From: Acidobacteriota bacterium
GTDB lineage: Bacteria; Acidobacteriota; UBA6911; RPQK01; CBDAPI01
Direction of reading: 5' to 3'
DNA: 64,000 bases
Assembly: GCA_965205345.1 (NCBI GenBank)
Contig: CBDBGQ010000053.1
Coordinates: 129,842 to 193,841 of the forward strand
Below are positions 10,179-20,231 of the stretch, piece after piece (the stretch's first letter is position 1; every line of letters starts with the position of its first letter). A model generated the notes under the pieces. The model was given only the letters and a program-made list of their open reading frames with translations. It was not told the DNA's origin and ran no database searches. The position numbers and the translations under genes are program-made.

Positions 10179-11543
10179 CTACACCTCCCAGGGTTGCCGG
10201 TACTCTTTGGTCAGAAGCTGGTTGGCCTCCTGATCCCCTATAATCTCTTCTTTCTTCCAGTCCCATTCGATCTTACGGCCTACTTTCAAGGCAATGTTGG
10301 CCAGGTGTGGAGCTGAGGTTGAACGGTGACCGGTCTCGATGTCGGAGGTGGGTCTGCTCCGGGTCTTGAGGCAGTCAATGAAGTTGCGGACATGCACAAT
10401 GTGCATTCCAGACTCGGCCCCGACCCTGTACTCGGCCCTGGTTTTGCGATCGCGATCCTCGTCCTCCCAGGGTTTAGGCGGATTCCGGATACTTGCCACC
10501 TCTTGTAAATAGGGCGGCTCGATGTTCTCGGTAATGCCCGTGACCTCAGGCAAGACCTGAAAGCCGGCGCGGTTGAGGAACAGGGTGGCATCCGTTCCGA
10601 AGAACTCAATGCCGTAGTGGCTATCGTAAGGAGCGCGCGCGTTGGTGTCCCGATGGGAGTAAGTGGCGATGAAATCTGGATACTCAAACACCACTTCCAT
10701 GTTGTCGGGTGTTTCCTTGTCGTCTTGAATGACCCTTTTCGAGCTCGTCGCAAAGACACTCTTGGGAGCCTTGACGCCCATGGCCCAGTGGATGGCGTCG
10801 AAGTGGTGTGTGCCCCAGTCGGTCATTTTGCCTCCGGAGTAATCCCAGAACCAGCGAAAATAATAAATGAATCTGCTGGGGTGAAACGGGACCTCGGGAG
10901 CAGGACCCAGATACATGTCCCAATCCAGTCCCTCCGGCGCTGTCGAGATCGGGTGGGTTCCAATCCCGCGGGGAGACTCATTGACGAAGTTCCAGGAATG
11001 GACTCGGGTGACCTGTCCGATTTTCCCGCTGCGGATGAGGTCTACGGCTTCCTGGTAATGCGCACCGGAACGCTGTTGCGTCCCTACCTGTACGACACGG
11101 TCCGCACGCCGGGCGGCCTCCACCATTTTCCTGCCTTCGCGCAGGGTGTGAGAAAGCGGTTTCTCAGCGTAGACGTCCTTACCGGCCTCACAGGCGGCAA
11201 TCACGATTGGGGCATGCCAGTGGTCCGGTGTGGACACCACCACGACATCGACATCTTTTCGATCCAGAACCCGCCTGAAATCTGAGTAGGACTCGGCCTT
11301 GCCGTCGGCCATCTTCACTGCCCGATCCCGGTTGTGCTCCCAAACGTCGCAGACCGCCACCACATCCACTTCGGGCATTTTCAGGAAGTCGTTTAAATTG
11401 TATCTACCCATGCCGCCGCCGCCGATGGAGGCTACTCGAATCCGGTCATTCGCGCCTGCGGGCTGTTGATTTGCTGCCCAGGTCGTAGCGACGCCCACGC
11501 CCGCCATACTGCTGGAAACAAAAGTTCGCCTGTTCACTTTCAT
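10179..11543 (-). CDS. Gfo/Idh/MocA family oxidoreductase with twin-arginine (Tat) signal peptide
   Basis: Internal Met followed by NRRTFVSSSMAGVGVATTWAA (RRxF Tat motif), then the IGGGGMG NAD-binding motif. The ORF-track start at 11663 is probably too far upstream. Confidence 0.8.
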   Translation of the reverse strand: MKVNRRTFVSSSMAGVGVATTWAANQQPAGANDRIRVASIGGGGMGRYNLNDFLKMPEVDVVAVCDVWEHNRDRAVKMADGKAESYSDFRRVLDRKDVDVVVVSTPDHWHAPIVIAACEAGKDVYAEKPLSHTLREGRKMVEAARRADRVVQVGTQQRSGAHYQEAVDLIRSGKIGQVTRVHSWNFVNESPRGIGTHPISTAPEGLDWDMYLGPAPEVPFHPSRFIYYFRWFWDYSGGKMTDWGTHHFDAIHWAMGVKAPKSVFATSSKRVIQDDKETPDNMEVVFEYPDFIATYSHRDTNARAPYDSHYGIEFFGTDATLFLNRAGFQVLPEVTGITENIEPPYLQEVASIRNPPKPWEDEDRDRKTRAEYRVGAESGMHIVHVRNFIDCLKTRSRPTSDIETGHRSTSAPHLANIALKVGRKIEWDWKKEEIIGDQEANQLLTKEYRQPWEV

Positions 11544-11782
11544 GGCTCTGGTTCCCCTTCTTGGAGGTGATTTGTGTTTTCTGAAAGTCGGAAATCGGGC
11601 ACAGTCTAGCATGTTTCCGATCAAGACGCTGCCACTGGCCAGGAACTCCCGAATCGAAGACAATCCAGGCTCTACTGCGCAATGCTCGGTCTTGGGGTAC
11701 TGGACGGGCCGGCTGGAGGACTTTTATTCTGGACATGCTCCCGATCTCCCGGCTCCGCTGCCCTGTCTGGAGGTCAATACCC

Positions 11783-11947
11783 TTAGTGTACTGTCCGGAA
11801 AGTTCACGCCGCAACTTCGGGCGTCTTTTCGCCGACAGCATTGTTGCGCTAACTCGAAAAACTCCCGGTATTCCTGCGTCGCGCGCCTCACTGACGACGA
11901 AAATCCATCCCGAATTAACGACGCGGACTTCCCGGACAGCACACTAG
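11783..11947. mobile_element. MITE copy A (~165 bp), flanked by TTAG/CTAG
   Basis: Terminal inverted repeats gtgtactgtccggaaagttcacgccg ... cgcggacttcccggacagcacac. It is about 90 percent identical (reverse orientation) to the copy at 57700-57864. Confidence 0.7.
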
Positions 11948-11951
11948 ACGT

Positions 11952-13919
11952 CTAAAGAACTGACAGTTCGATTTCCACGCGCCGATTCTGTTGCTGACCT
12001 TCAGGGGTCTGGTTGTCAGCCGTCGGCTGGCCCTCCCCGGCACTTCTTGTTTCAAGTCGTCCTGCCTCGATGTTGTGCTGCTGGACCAGATAGTCCCGCA
12101 CGGTGGCGGCCCTCCGCCGGCCCACCCGAAGGTTCAGCTCCTCATCTCCCCGGTCGTCCGTGTGTCCTGTAATTACAGCTTTTAGTCCGGGTATTTGCTG
12201 CATCCTGAGCGCAATATAATTCAGCCTAGCCTTGGCCAAGTTATCTGGCTGCATTCCGTTGATTTGAATGATGAACCGCTCGCTGAACGGGTAAGAACCA
12301 GCATCGGTGGCGCTCCCGTCTCCATCATCCCCAACGGTCATCGAGACGCTGGATCGTCCCTCCGCGTTCGCTGACATCAGAGTCTTCTTCCAAAAATCTC
12401 GAGCCTCCTCGTGATATGAGAGCACTTCCCGGCGTTGATCCGTGTTATCCAAATCCGTGTCATCCAACGTGTTATCCAATTTGATGCGTTGGATGCGTTC
12501 CTCGACCCAATCGAGGAAGAATTGTGCGGAGCGTCTGCTGATTCGGCGTTTCGAAGAACCGATCTCAACGTAGAATGGTGCGGTTGAGGCGAAGCGAAAG
12601 GTTTGCTCGTTATCAGTGATGACTCGAACAAGGAACCAGCCGCTCTCTTGAAATTTCAGTGGCCCGAGAGCTCGTGAGAACGTACGTCCTCGTACCTTGT
12701 CCACCGACTCGACCGTGCCGTTTTTGATGATTTCAAGACTCGAAATCGGGTCTCTCGTTGTGACCGAGACGTCAAGAGTGACACTCACCTCTTTGCCCTC
12801 ATCTGCCGCGAAAACGTGGCCGGGCAGATGACCGTTTGCGCGACAGAGCAGCAGCGGTCCGTTTGTGACGAACGAGCGCCCCGCCTTCAGACCGTTCCAC
12901 CATCGCACATAATCAAAGGCTTTGCCGACATGGACATATACGCGGTTATAGCCTACTGGATTGGGGATTACACCCGAAGCACTTCCGGCTGAAGGGGGGA
13001 TGCGGAGTCCGCAGTCGAGAATGTGATAGTAGATTTCCTGCGACCAGTAACCGTTGCCCTTGGGCGGCGGAAAACGCTTTGAATCGCGTGGTTTGCCCGA
13101 GGCTTCGCTTTCATACATTTGGCTACGGCTCATATGATTGTTGGCCAGGCCGATCGAGTCGATCCGCCCACTCGCCAGCCAGATGGGTACATCCCACCAG
13201 AAGGGCTTCTCGATGTCGATCCATGCACCGGGATGTTGGCGGGCCTCATGGAAGAAATTCATCGAGGATGGATACTCTCGGCTTGATCCGGCAATCTTCA
13301 GCGGCCGGCCAAGATTGAGATATATCAAAGCCCCGCCCCCACGTTCATCTTCACCGGCCATGACATGGGCATACCGGTTGCCGTCGAACCTGAGCAAGGG
13401 CTTTTCAGGCATCTCGCGGTCGTTCCACAGATTCCTATCGTTCCACCACGTAATCACCGGTGCCACATGCAGATCTTCCGCCCGCATGAGGAGTTCGATG
13501 TCCTCAAGCGATCGGTGAACATGCAGCTCCCCCGACCACCAGCCATCAGCCGAAAGGTTGGCTATCCGCTTCAGACGGATCGACACTTTCGTGTTCTCAC
13601 CTTTCTTGGTGATAAACGAACCGCTCCGCTGCTCATACTCAGGGCCGCGCTCGACTTCGTAGGTGTACTTCCCGGGCGGGAGTTCCAGTGTGACTGTGCC
13701 AGGACAGACGAAATGGTCGCGCCAGAACGGCATATCCCCGGCACGCCGAGGCTTGCCGGCCGAATCGTTCACATGGATTCGACACGGAAGCAGACGAGAC
13801 TTATCGTCAACAACAGTGATCTGAACTGTGGGGTGGCTGTTCTGTGCGACACTCATAGCGGCAATACAGAGCGTCACAAGACACATAACACACGGGGCGC
13901 GTTGCCATAAACTGAACAT
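11952..13919 (-). CDS. Secreted PHP/CehA-McbA-type metallohydrolase domain fused to a C-terminal OmpA-like peptidoglycan-binding domain
   Basis: N-terminal signal sequence; the SGELHVHRS block is a PHP-type His motif. The C-terminus has the GHTDDRGDEELNLRVGRRRAATVRDYL ... NRRVEIEL OmpA_C signature. Confidence 0.65.
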   Translation of the reverse strand: MFSLWQRAPCVMCLVTLCIAAMSVAQNSHPTVQITVVDDKSRLLPCRIHVNDSAGKPRRAGDMPFWRDHFVCPGTVTLELPPGKYTYEVERGPEYEQRSGSFITKKGENTKVSIRLKRIANLSADGWWSGELHVHRSLEDIELLMRAEDLHVAPVITWWNDRNLWNDREMPEKPLLRFDGNRYAHVMAGEDERGGGALIYLNLGRPLKIAGSSREYPSSMNFFHEARQHPGAWIDIEKPFWWDVPIWLASGRIDSIGLANNHMSRSQMYESEASGKPRDSKRFPPPKGNGYWSQEIYYHILDCGLRIPPSAGSASGVIPNPVGYNRVYVHVGKAFDYVRWWNGLKAGRSFVTNGPLLLCRANGHLPGHVFAADEGKEVSVTLDVSVTTRDPISSLEIIKNGTVESVDKVRGRTFSRALGPLKFQESGWFLVRVITDNEQTFRFASTAPFYVEIGSSKRRISRRSAQFFLDWVEERIQRIKLDNTLDDTDLDNTDQRREVLSYHEEARDFWKKTLMSANAEGRSSVSMTVGDDGDGSATDAGSYPFSERFIIQINGMQPDNLAKARLNYIALRMQQIPGLKAVITGHTDDRGDEELNLRVGRRRAATVRDYLVQQHNIEAGRLETRSAGEGQPTADNQTPEGQQQNRRVEIELSVL

Positions 13920-14312
13920 TGCTGGCTTCTGTGATTATACATTCGACTTTTGACATTTCCTATCGAGTGCGGACAAGCACTGGTGCAACTAACGCGACTC
14001 AGGCGAATCGGTGCGGTCTCTAAAAGCACTTGAGCGGGCAGCCCCTTCTAATGGGCGGTGCCCCGCAGGCACCCGGCGACTACAGCGGGCCACCCGCACC
14101 AGGTCAGCTCCGTCTGAAACGAGCTGAACCCCTTTCGGATCTCATACTGGACACTTTCGAAAAGATGTTAAACTTCCGGTGTCGCTGCGTTCCGGAGCTG
14201 TCCAATTTCTTCTGGAACAGATGTTTAGTTCCCGGGACCTCCGAAACAAGTTTCCCGGGCCCAAAAGAAGATACTGTCTTCCGAAGAAAGGATCTTCCGG
14301 GTCCGGTATGGC

Positions 14313-15281
14313 TTGGAGAAAGTGGCCGGGCATATGGGCATCATTTTGGCTTCTTTTCTGTTTGTTGCCCCGATGGGAGGGGCTGGGGCACAGCGGGAGA
14401 GCTTCAAATTATCTCTTCAAGCGAGTCCCTTCGTGTCGGACGCCGAGAATCCGATGAAGCGCCTTGAGGAATTAGTCCAACAACAACAGTGGGAACAAGC
14501 TGCCCAGCTGACAAAGGAACTAGTTCAAGAAAATTCGGATAACCCCGTGCTCCATTATTGGGTCGGAGTCGTACGCTGGCAGCAAGGAGACAGAATAGCA
14601 GCGGTCCAGGCTCTTCGTCTGGCGGAACAGCTCGGTTTGGACACGGCTTTGCTGCACAAGACTCTAGGCATGGTTTATTATCGCATGCATCAATTTAGTC
14701 TGTTCAAGCACCAAATGGAACAGGCGACTGCACGCGATCCTAAGGACCACCAGCCGCATTATCACCTGGGCCGCTATTTTGAGTCTGTCCAGAATGACTT
14801 TCAACGTGCTCTCGAGTTTTTCGAAAAAGCAATCGAGCTTAGTCCGGATCATACTAAGAGTGTCTACTACAAAGGCCATTGTCTAGAGATACTGGAAAGA
14901 GAGGAAGAGGCTCTTCGGAGCTACGAAGCTGCCATTCACTTATCGGAAAAACATATAGAGCGCTTCAGTTGGCCGTATCAAGGGATGGCTCGGCTCCTTT
15001 TAAATAAGAATATTGAACAGGCTCTAGGCTGGGCCAAGAAAGCTGTTAAGGTCCAGCCGGAGCTTGATGCGAATCATCTTGTTCTAGCTAAGATCTATGA
15101 GCGGTTGGAAAAGGTAACCGAAGCTATGGAGGAGCTGCAGGAGATCGTCCGGTTGAATCCAAGACACACTGCCGCCCACTATATGCTGTTCAGGCTTTAC
15201 AAAAAGCTTGGCCAGCCGGAGGAGGCTCAGGCGGAACTGAGCATATTTAAGAAGCTCAAAGCAGTTTATGGGGAACAGTAG
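14313..15281 (+). CDS. TPR repeat-containing protein (secreted)
   Basis: Repeated 34-residue W/LG/Y/A/F/A/P-pattern units. Start is probably at MGIILASFLFVA (signal peptide). Confidence 0.7.
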   Translation: MEKVAGHMGIILASFLFVAPMGGAGAQRESFKLSLQASPFVSDAENPMKRLEELVQQQQWEQAAQLTKELVQENSDNPVLHYWVGVVRWQQGDRIAAVQALRLAEQLGLDTALLHKTLGMVYYRMHQFSLFKHQMEQATARDPKDHQPHYHLGRYFESVQNDFQRALEFFEKAIELSPDHTKSVYYKGHCLEILEREEEALRSYEAAIHLSEKHIERFSWPYQGMARLLLNKNIEQALGWAKKAVKVQPELDANHLVLAKIYERLEKVTEAMEELQEIVRLNPRHTAAHYMLFRLYKKLGQPEEAQAELSIFKKLKAVYGEQ

Positions 15282-16068
15282 ACTAACCGTCGATTTTCTT
15301 GCAGCCCTGCTTGTGCTTGCGCTGACGATTACGAATGTTCGTATTCGAGGACAGTTTGGGCCTTTAGGCGACCCGGCTCATGCGCCTCAGGCAAAATCCC
15401 AGGAAGAGTTTGATGCCTACCTGGAGATTCTCGTCGCACCCGATGCACACGAGACGATTGCCAAAGTAGAAGAATTCATCTCCAAGTACCCCGAATCGGA
15501 ATTATTGGCGACAGCTTACCAGCACCAGATGCTGTCCTACCAAGAGCTGAATGAATTCGAAGGGATGCTGCAGGCTGGAGAGAAGTATCTTCAACTCCTC
15601 CCGGGCAATTTGAATGCATTGTTAACGTTAGCCTCAGCCATCCCGAACGTGACCGCAAAGAGACCAGACGCTGCTAACCTTGTGATACAAGCAGAGGAGT
15701 ATGCTCGCCAAGCCTTACGTATACTGAAGCAGATACGCATTCCACGCGAGATTCCTCTGGAAGACTGGGAAAGGTTGCGAGGGCAGATGGAAGCCCAAGC
15801 CCATGAAGCTTTAGGGCATGTAGCGGTGAAACGGGGGCAAGTAAAAGTTGCTGTCTCCGAATTTGAAAAGGCAACTCATTATAATCCAGAGCCTCAAGGC
15901 AAGCAGTTTTTTCGCCTAGGGGTTGCCTATGCATGGGCAGGGAAGAATGATCGTGCCGAGAGAGCATTGCGGCGGGCTGCCGAATTGGGTCCCGACTTGA
16001 TTCGGCAACGAGCCCTGCAGGAACTAAAGAAACTGGAGAGGAAGAAAGCACCGCGAGAAGAACCATAA
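15268..16068 (+). CDS. TPR repeat-containing protein
   Basis: TPR-like helical repeats with an N-terminal hydrophobic segment. Overlaps the upstream TPR gene by 14 bp. Confidence 0.65.
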   Translation: MGNSRLTVDFLAALLVLALTITNVRIRGQFGPLGDPAHAPQAKSQEEFDAYLEILVAPDAHETIAKVEEFISKYPESELLATAYQHQMLSYQELNEFEGMLQAGEKYLQLLPGNLNALLTLASAIPNVTAKRPDAANLVIQAEEYARQALRILKQIRIPREIPLEDWERLRGQMEAQAHEALGHVAVKRGQVKVAVSEFEKATHYNPEPQGKQFFRLGVAYAWAGKNDRAERALRRAAELGPDLIRQRALQELKKLERKKAPREEP

Positions 16069-16070
16069 AG

Positions 16071-18026
16071 ATGAGAAATCATAGTGGGCGGGTGCATGTG
16101 GTGATATTCGTCCTTGGGATTGGCTCGCTCAGTCTGGTGCGAGGGCAATCGCCGCAAGAGCTGTCCTCGGCAGCCGCGACTGCCATGAAGCACCAGGATT
16201 ATCAAAAGGCAGCGGAGTACTACGAAAAGTTGCTCCAGCTGGCACCGAACGCAGCCGAGATATACAGCAATTTAGGCCTTGCGCGGTACTTTCAGAAAAA
16301 GATCGAGCCGGCGGAAAAAGCCTTTGAGGAAGCACTTCGTCGGAACTCCAACTTGTTCGTCCCTAACTTCTTCCTCGGTCGCCTTTATTTTGAGACCGGG
16401 CGGTACCAAAGGGCATTACCTTTGCTGCAAAATGCCTTAGAGCTCCAACCACAGCAAGAAGCTGTACGCCGGTTTATAGCCGCGGTCCTGGTGGGGCTCA
16501 ACCGCTTTGACGAAGCTATTGCCCAGTACAAGGAACTCCTCAAGGAGAATCCAGAAGACGTAGAATCCCTTTACAGCCTCGGACTTGTTTACCTCGACCT
16601 CGGACAGAAGGCGTTCGACCAGCTTGCCAACTTCAAGGATTCGGGTTTCGTCCCACTAGTGACTGCCGAATTCTATGCTGACAGACCAGAATGGCAAACC
16701 GTGACCATTAGAAACTATCGCCAGGCAGTGATCGCTTCACCCAAGGTTCCGGGGCTGAGAATTGCCCTTGGTATGTTCTTGTTGAAAGTTGAAGATCGGG
16801 ATGCTGCAAAACAGGCTTTTGAGGGAGAGTTACAGCTGGATCCCTTTAGCTACGAAGCCCGTTTCGGAATTTCTGTTTTCCACCTGTTCAAAGGAGATAT
16901 CCGAGCGGCGTTGCGCGAACTGAACGAAGCCGTTAATATCCGGCCCCAGTTTTTTGATCCGCTGCCGGCGTTGCCGGTTAACTTTGTATCTCAGCAGCCG
17001 CCAGGTGACTACCTGCATTTAGAACAAGAAGCGAAACAAGGAAGCTTCGGGGCTGCCTATTTGTTGACTGAGCTATCCGCCCATCTGGGCCGACGAGAGC
17101 ACACCGTTTGGTGGCGCTCATTAGCCGAGAAGCGACGAGATAAATTGATTCATGACTACCATTCGTCAACAAGAATGCCCGGAGAGTTGCCTGAACATAA
17201 TAGGCCTTCATTAGGTTTGCAGTACATTCGTGAGAAGCGCTACGAGGATGGACTTCGCATGCTTCTTCCCCCGGGAGCGGGCGTTATGACCAATTCCGAA
17301 ATCAGGACCGCCCTGATGCGAACACTTTTCCGGTTGGAGCGCTTTGAAAACTTGATCGATTTGCTAGAAGGCGTGAAGCTGAGTGATGATCCCGAAGTAT
17401 TCTATGTTTTAGGTGCCAGTTATAAGAAGCTAGCCTTGCAGACGCTGGAGAAAATCGTTGAACTCAATCCTGAATCGGTAAGAGCTCACCAGCTGCTGGG
17501 TGACGCTCTATTTGTTCAAGAGTTGTTTCAACAGGCTGCCAACGAGTATGAAACGGCGGCAAAGATCGCACCAGGGAATCCGGCACTTCTCTTTTCCCTG
17601 GGTAATGCCTATTTTGAGCAGTTGGAGTTTGAACGTAGCACCGAGGTTTACCAACGCGTTCTCGAGCTCGATCCTTTCCATGCTGAAGCCCACTTGATGC
17701 AGGGGTCCTGCCTTTTACGGCTTGGTCGTCCACAAAGGGCCATCCCACTACTTCGCAGGGCCCTGGAATTGCACCCCGAACTCGTTGGCGCCCACGTTCC
17801 ACTGGGGAGGGCTTTGGCAATGTTGGATCGAACCGAAGAGGCGATTGAGCATTTGGAACTGGGCGCCGACACCGATACTGACGGTAGTATCCACTATCAG
17901 CTTTTCAGTCTTTATCGAAAGTTGGGAGAAAAAGAAAAAGCCAAAAGCGCTCTACACACTTCTCAGAAATTACGAAGTGCAAGCGAAAGGCAACGGGTGT
18001 TGCTTAAGGACACGCCCCAAAAATGA
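16071..18026 (+). CDS. TPR repeat-containing protein (651 aa)
   Basis: Many canonical TPR units (AEIYSNLGLARYF.., YSLGLVYLDLGQ.., LFSLGNAYFEQLEFERSTEVYQRVLELDP). Has an N-terminal signal peptide and sits 2 bp after the previous gene. Confidence 0.75.
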   Translation: MRNHSGRVHVVIFVLGIGSLSLVRGQSPQELSSAAATAMKHQDYQKAAEYYEKLLQLAPNAAEIYSNLGLARYFQKKIEPAEKAFEEALRRNSNLFVPNFFLGRLYFETGRYQRALPLLQNALELQPQQEAVRRFIAAVLVGLNRFDEAIAQYKELLKENPEDVESLYSLGLVYLDLGQKAFDQLANFKDSGFVPLVTAEFYADRPEWQTVTIRNYRQAVIASPKVPGLRIALGMFLLKVEDRDAAKQAFEGELQLDPFSYEARFGISVFHLFKGDIRAALRELNEAVNIRPQFFDPLPALPVNFVSQQPPGDYLHLEQEAKQGSFGAAYLLTELSAHLGRREHTVWWRSLAEKRRDKLIHDYHSSTRMPGELPEHNRPSLGLQYIREKRYEDGLRMLLPPGAGVMTNSEIRTALMRTLFRLERFENLIDLLEGVKLSDDPEVFYVLGASYKKLALQTLEKIVELNPESVRAHQLLGDALFVQELFQQAANEYETAAKIAPGNPALLFSLGNAYFEQLEFERSTEVYQRVLELDPFHAEAHLMQGSCLLRLGRPQRAIPLLRRALELHPELVGAHVPLGRALAMLDRTEEAIEHLELGADTDTDGSIHYQLFSLYRKLGEKEKAKSALHTSQKLRSASERQRVLLKDTPQK

Positions 18027-18073
18027 TACCGGCTAACGTAAAAGTGAACCCACCCCAATCAGAGCTCCCCTTG

Positions 18074-19873
18074 TCATTCCGAAGATCTTCCCTGCCAAAG
18101 AAGAAAAGGTTTATTATAGGGTTTCCGATTAGTAAGTCCTCTTCCTTCGACAATAGTAATTAAGGCATTCGTGGCTACCTCCGTAACCGTGTCAATCTCA
18201 CCGCTGGGCCAGCGAACTTCCAGTCGCTCGATTTGCTCAGCGTCGCCAACTCCAAAGTGGAGCCGAAAGTCATTATGGGATATGTAACTGCCGCCACTCC
18301 GAACTTCATCGATCTGTGCGGCTTTGCCTGCGATCACCAGCACACGTGCTCCAATCCCATTCTGATTCGACTTGCTACCCACAAGGCGAATGAGTACCGA
18401 ATTCTCACATGTTCCACGATTGAAGAATAAACTGGGAATCTCGTTCATGTTACTGACTACGATCTCCACGCGTCCATCATTATCGAGATCGCCGAAGGCG
18501 ACTCCGCGGCTCACATGGCGCTTGCGCATCCCTGGACCGGATTGCTGAGAAATGTCGTTGAATGTTCCATTGCCAAGGTTGTGATAAAGCAATTTCGATT
18601 GTTTATAGTGCTGACCGAGTATCTCCGCTTCCGGATAAACGTGCCCGTTGGCCGCGAAAATATCTTTCCAACCATCGTTGTCAAAATCTATAAAACCCGT
18701 GCCCCAGCCTAGAAAGCGAGTGTTTACCCCTAGTCGCACGCTATGCGTCACGTCCGTGAAGGACGACTCTCCATCATTTCGATAAAAAGTGAAGTAGTCT
18801 TCAGAGAAATTTGTGACGAAAATATCCAGTAATCCATCGTTATCAAAATCGGCTGCCGTAGCCCCCATGCCTGCCTGTGCTCTTCCCTCCTCATTGAAGG
18901 CAGCTCCAGCATAAGCACCTTCTTCAGCAAAAGTTCCATTCTTTTGATTGATATAAAGAAGGTTGGCTGTAGAATCACATGCTACATAAATGTCTGGCCA
19001 CTGATCATTGTTAAAGTCTGCCACCAATGGAGAGAACGCATAGTTCTCGGTCGGTTCTGAGATCCCAGCAGAGACCGAAACATCGGTAAAAGTACCATTG
19101 CCATTGTTGCGATAAAGAAGGTTGGTTTCTCCGGGCAAGCCGCCGGGTCCACACATTACTGGCATGCCTTTCCATTGGCAGAAGCGGTTTTCTCCTGGCT
19201 CGGGAATCGTTTTAATGTCGAATTTGAGATAATTCGCTACGAAGAGATCGAGGTCCCCATCCCTGTCGAAGTCCAGAAAAGCGCAACCTGTGCTCCAACG
19301 CTCTACGCTTGCACCTAACCCCGCTACTTGCGTAACATCCTCAAAGATCCCGTCACCGCGGTTGCGATACAGAATATTGGTTCCGAAAAAAGTGACAAAC
19401 AGATCGTCGAACCCATCATTGTCCCAATCTCCGACACAAACACCTTGCCCCCAACCAGTACGGCTGAGACCCGCCGGTATTGTCACATCAGTGAAAGTTC
19501 CTTCGCCATTATTGCGATACAGTTGACTGGTTGGTTTCTCGCGGTTGTTCGAAAATCCTTCCAACCTCCACCCGTTGACCAGAAAAATGTCCAACCAGCC
19601 ATCATTATTAAAATCAAATATCGCTACACCATTTCCTGTGGTTTCAATGATGTACTTCTTGTGGCTTGGGTGTCCATAAACATTCTGCGCCAGGAGCCCA
19701 GCCTCCCGCGCCACATCGTAGAAATCAGGAGACACTAAAACTGTCTTGCTGTTCGCAGCATTTAGGTTCTGATTTTCAGAAAGAACAAGCCTTGGAAAAA
19801 GCCCCCCCAAAAGAAGGCTGGACATAGCCAACAGAAGCCCAAAGTGCCACCCAAACCTCGAATTCCGCGCCAT
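18074..19873 (-). CDS. CRTAC1 family protein (FG-GAP/VCBS repeats plus ASPIC/UnbV C-terminal domain)
   Basis: Repeated D.D.DG.LDIFV motifs (FG-GAP) and the C-terminal UnbV_ASPIC block. The probable start is the internal MARNSRFGWHFGLLLAMSSLLLGGLF signal peptide, rather than the 19975 ORF-track start. Confidence 0.75.
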   Translation of the reverse strand: MARNSRFGWHFGLLLAMSSLLLGGLFPRLVLSENQNLNAANSKTVLVSPDFYDVAREAGLLAQNVYGHPSHKKYIIETTGNGVAIFDFNNDGWLDIFLVNGWRLEGFSNNREKPTSQLYRNNGEGTFTDVTIPAGLSRTGWGQGVCVGDWDNDGFDDLFVTFFGTNILYRNRGDGIFEDVTQVAGLGASVERWSTGCAFLDFDRDGDLDLFVANYLKFDIKTIPEPGENRFCQWKGMPVMCGPGGLPGETNLLYRNNGNGTFTDVSVSAGISEPTENYAFSPLVADFNNDQWPDIYVACDSTANLLYINQKNGTFAEEGAYAGAAFNEEGRAQAGMGATAADFDNDGLLDIFVTNFSEDYFTFYRNDGESSFTDVTHSVRLGVNTRFLGWGTGFIDFDNDGWKDIFAANGHVYPEAEILGQHYKQSKLLYHNLGNGTFNDISQQSGPGMRKRHVSRGVAFGDLDNDGRVEIVVSNMNEIPSLFFNRGTCENSVLIRLVGSKSNQNGIGARVLVIAGKAAQIDEVRSGGSYISHNDFRLHFGVGDAEQIERLEVRWPSGEIDTVTEVATNALITIVEGRGLTNRKPYNKPFLLWQGRSSE

Positions 19874-20178
19874 AGTGACCTCATCTCGGAGCTTGGCCTT
19901 GAGCATCCACCGATCCCGGTAGCTGTGGATTCTGCGGAAGTTCTTCTGGGTTGCGATTCGGTAAGATCTCTTCATGGCGGTTCCTCCTTTTGAAAGTTCT
20001 TAAGCCAACCGATTCTTTCGAGTCGGCCGGACGAACCGCCTTCTCAACCTTCAACTAACTTCGGGACAGCCTCTATCCTGATTGGGTGAGCCCTTTTTCG
20101 AAAAATCTAACATCTCATACTGGATAAAGCATTGGTGTCACAATGTATCCATCTCGAAAACTCCGACATCGACGTTCA

Positions 20179-20231
20179 CTAGTGCACTGTCCGGAAAGTT
20201 CACGCCGCGAACTTTCCGGACAGGACACTAG
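20179..20231. mobile_element. Miniature (53 bp) version of the MITE: the two TIRs fused, flanked by CTAG
   Basis: Sequence ctag-tgcactgtccggaaagttcacgccgcgaactttccggacaggaca-ctag. The terminal CTAG supplies the TAG stop codon of the adjacent TPR gene. Confidence 0.65.

Noticed and set aside
11724-11942. ORF-track ORFs 11724-11942(-)/11735-11947(+) and 57609-57923(+)/57578-57880(-), which encode similar peptides
   Set aside because: They lie entirely inside the two MITE copies. Their similarity simply reflects the repeated DNA, and they have no start or RBS context or protein-like composition.
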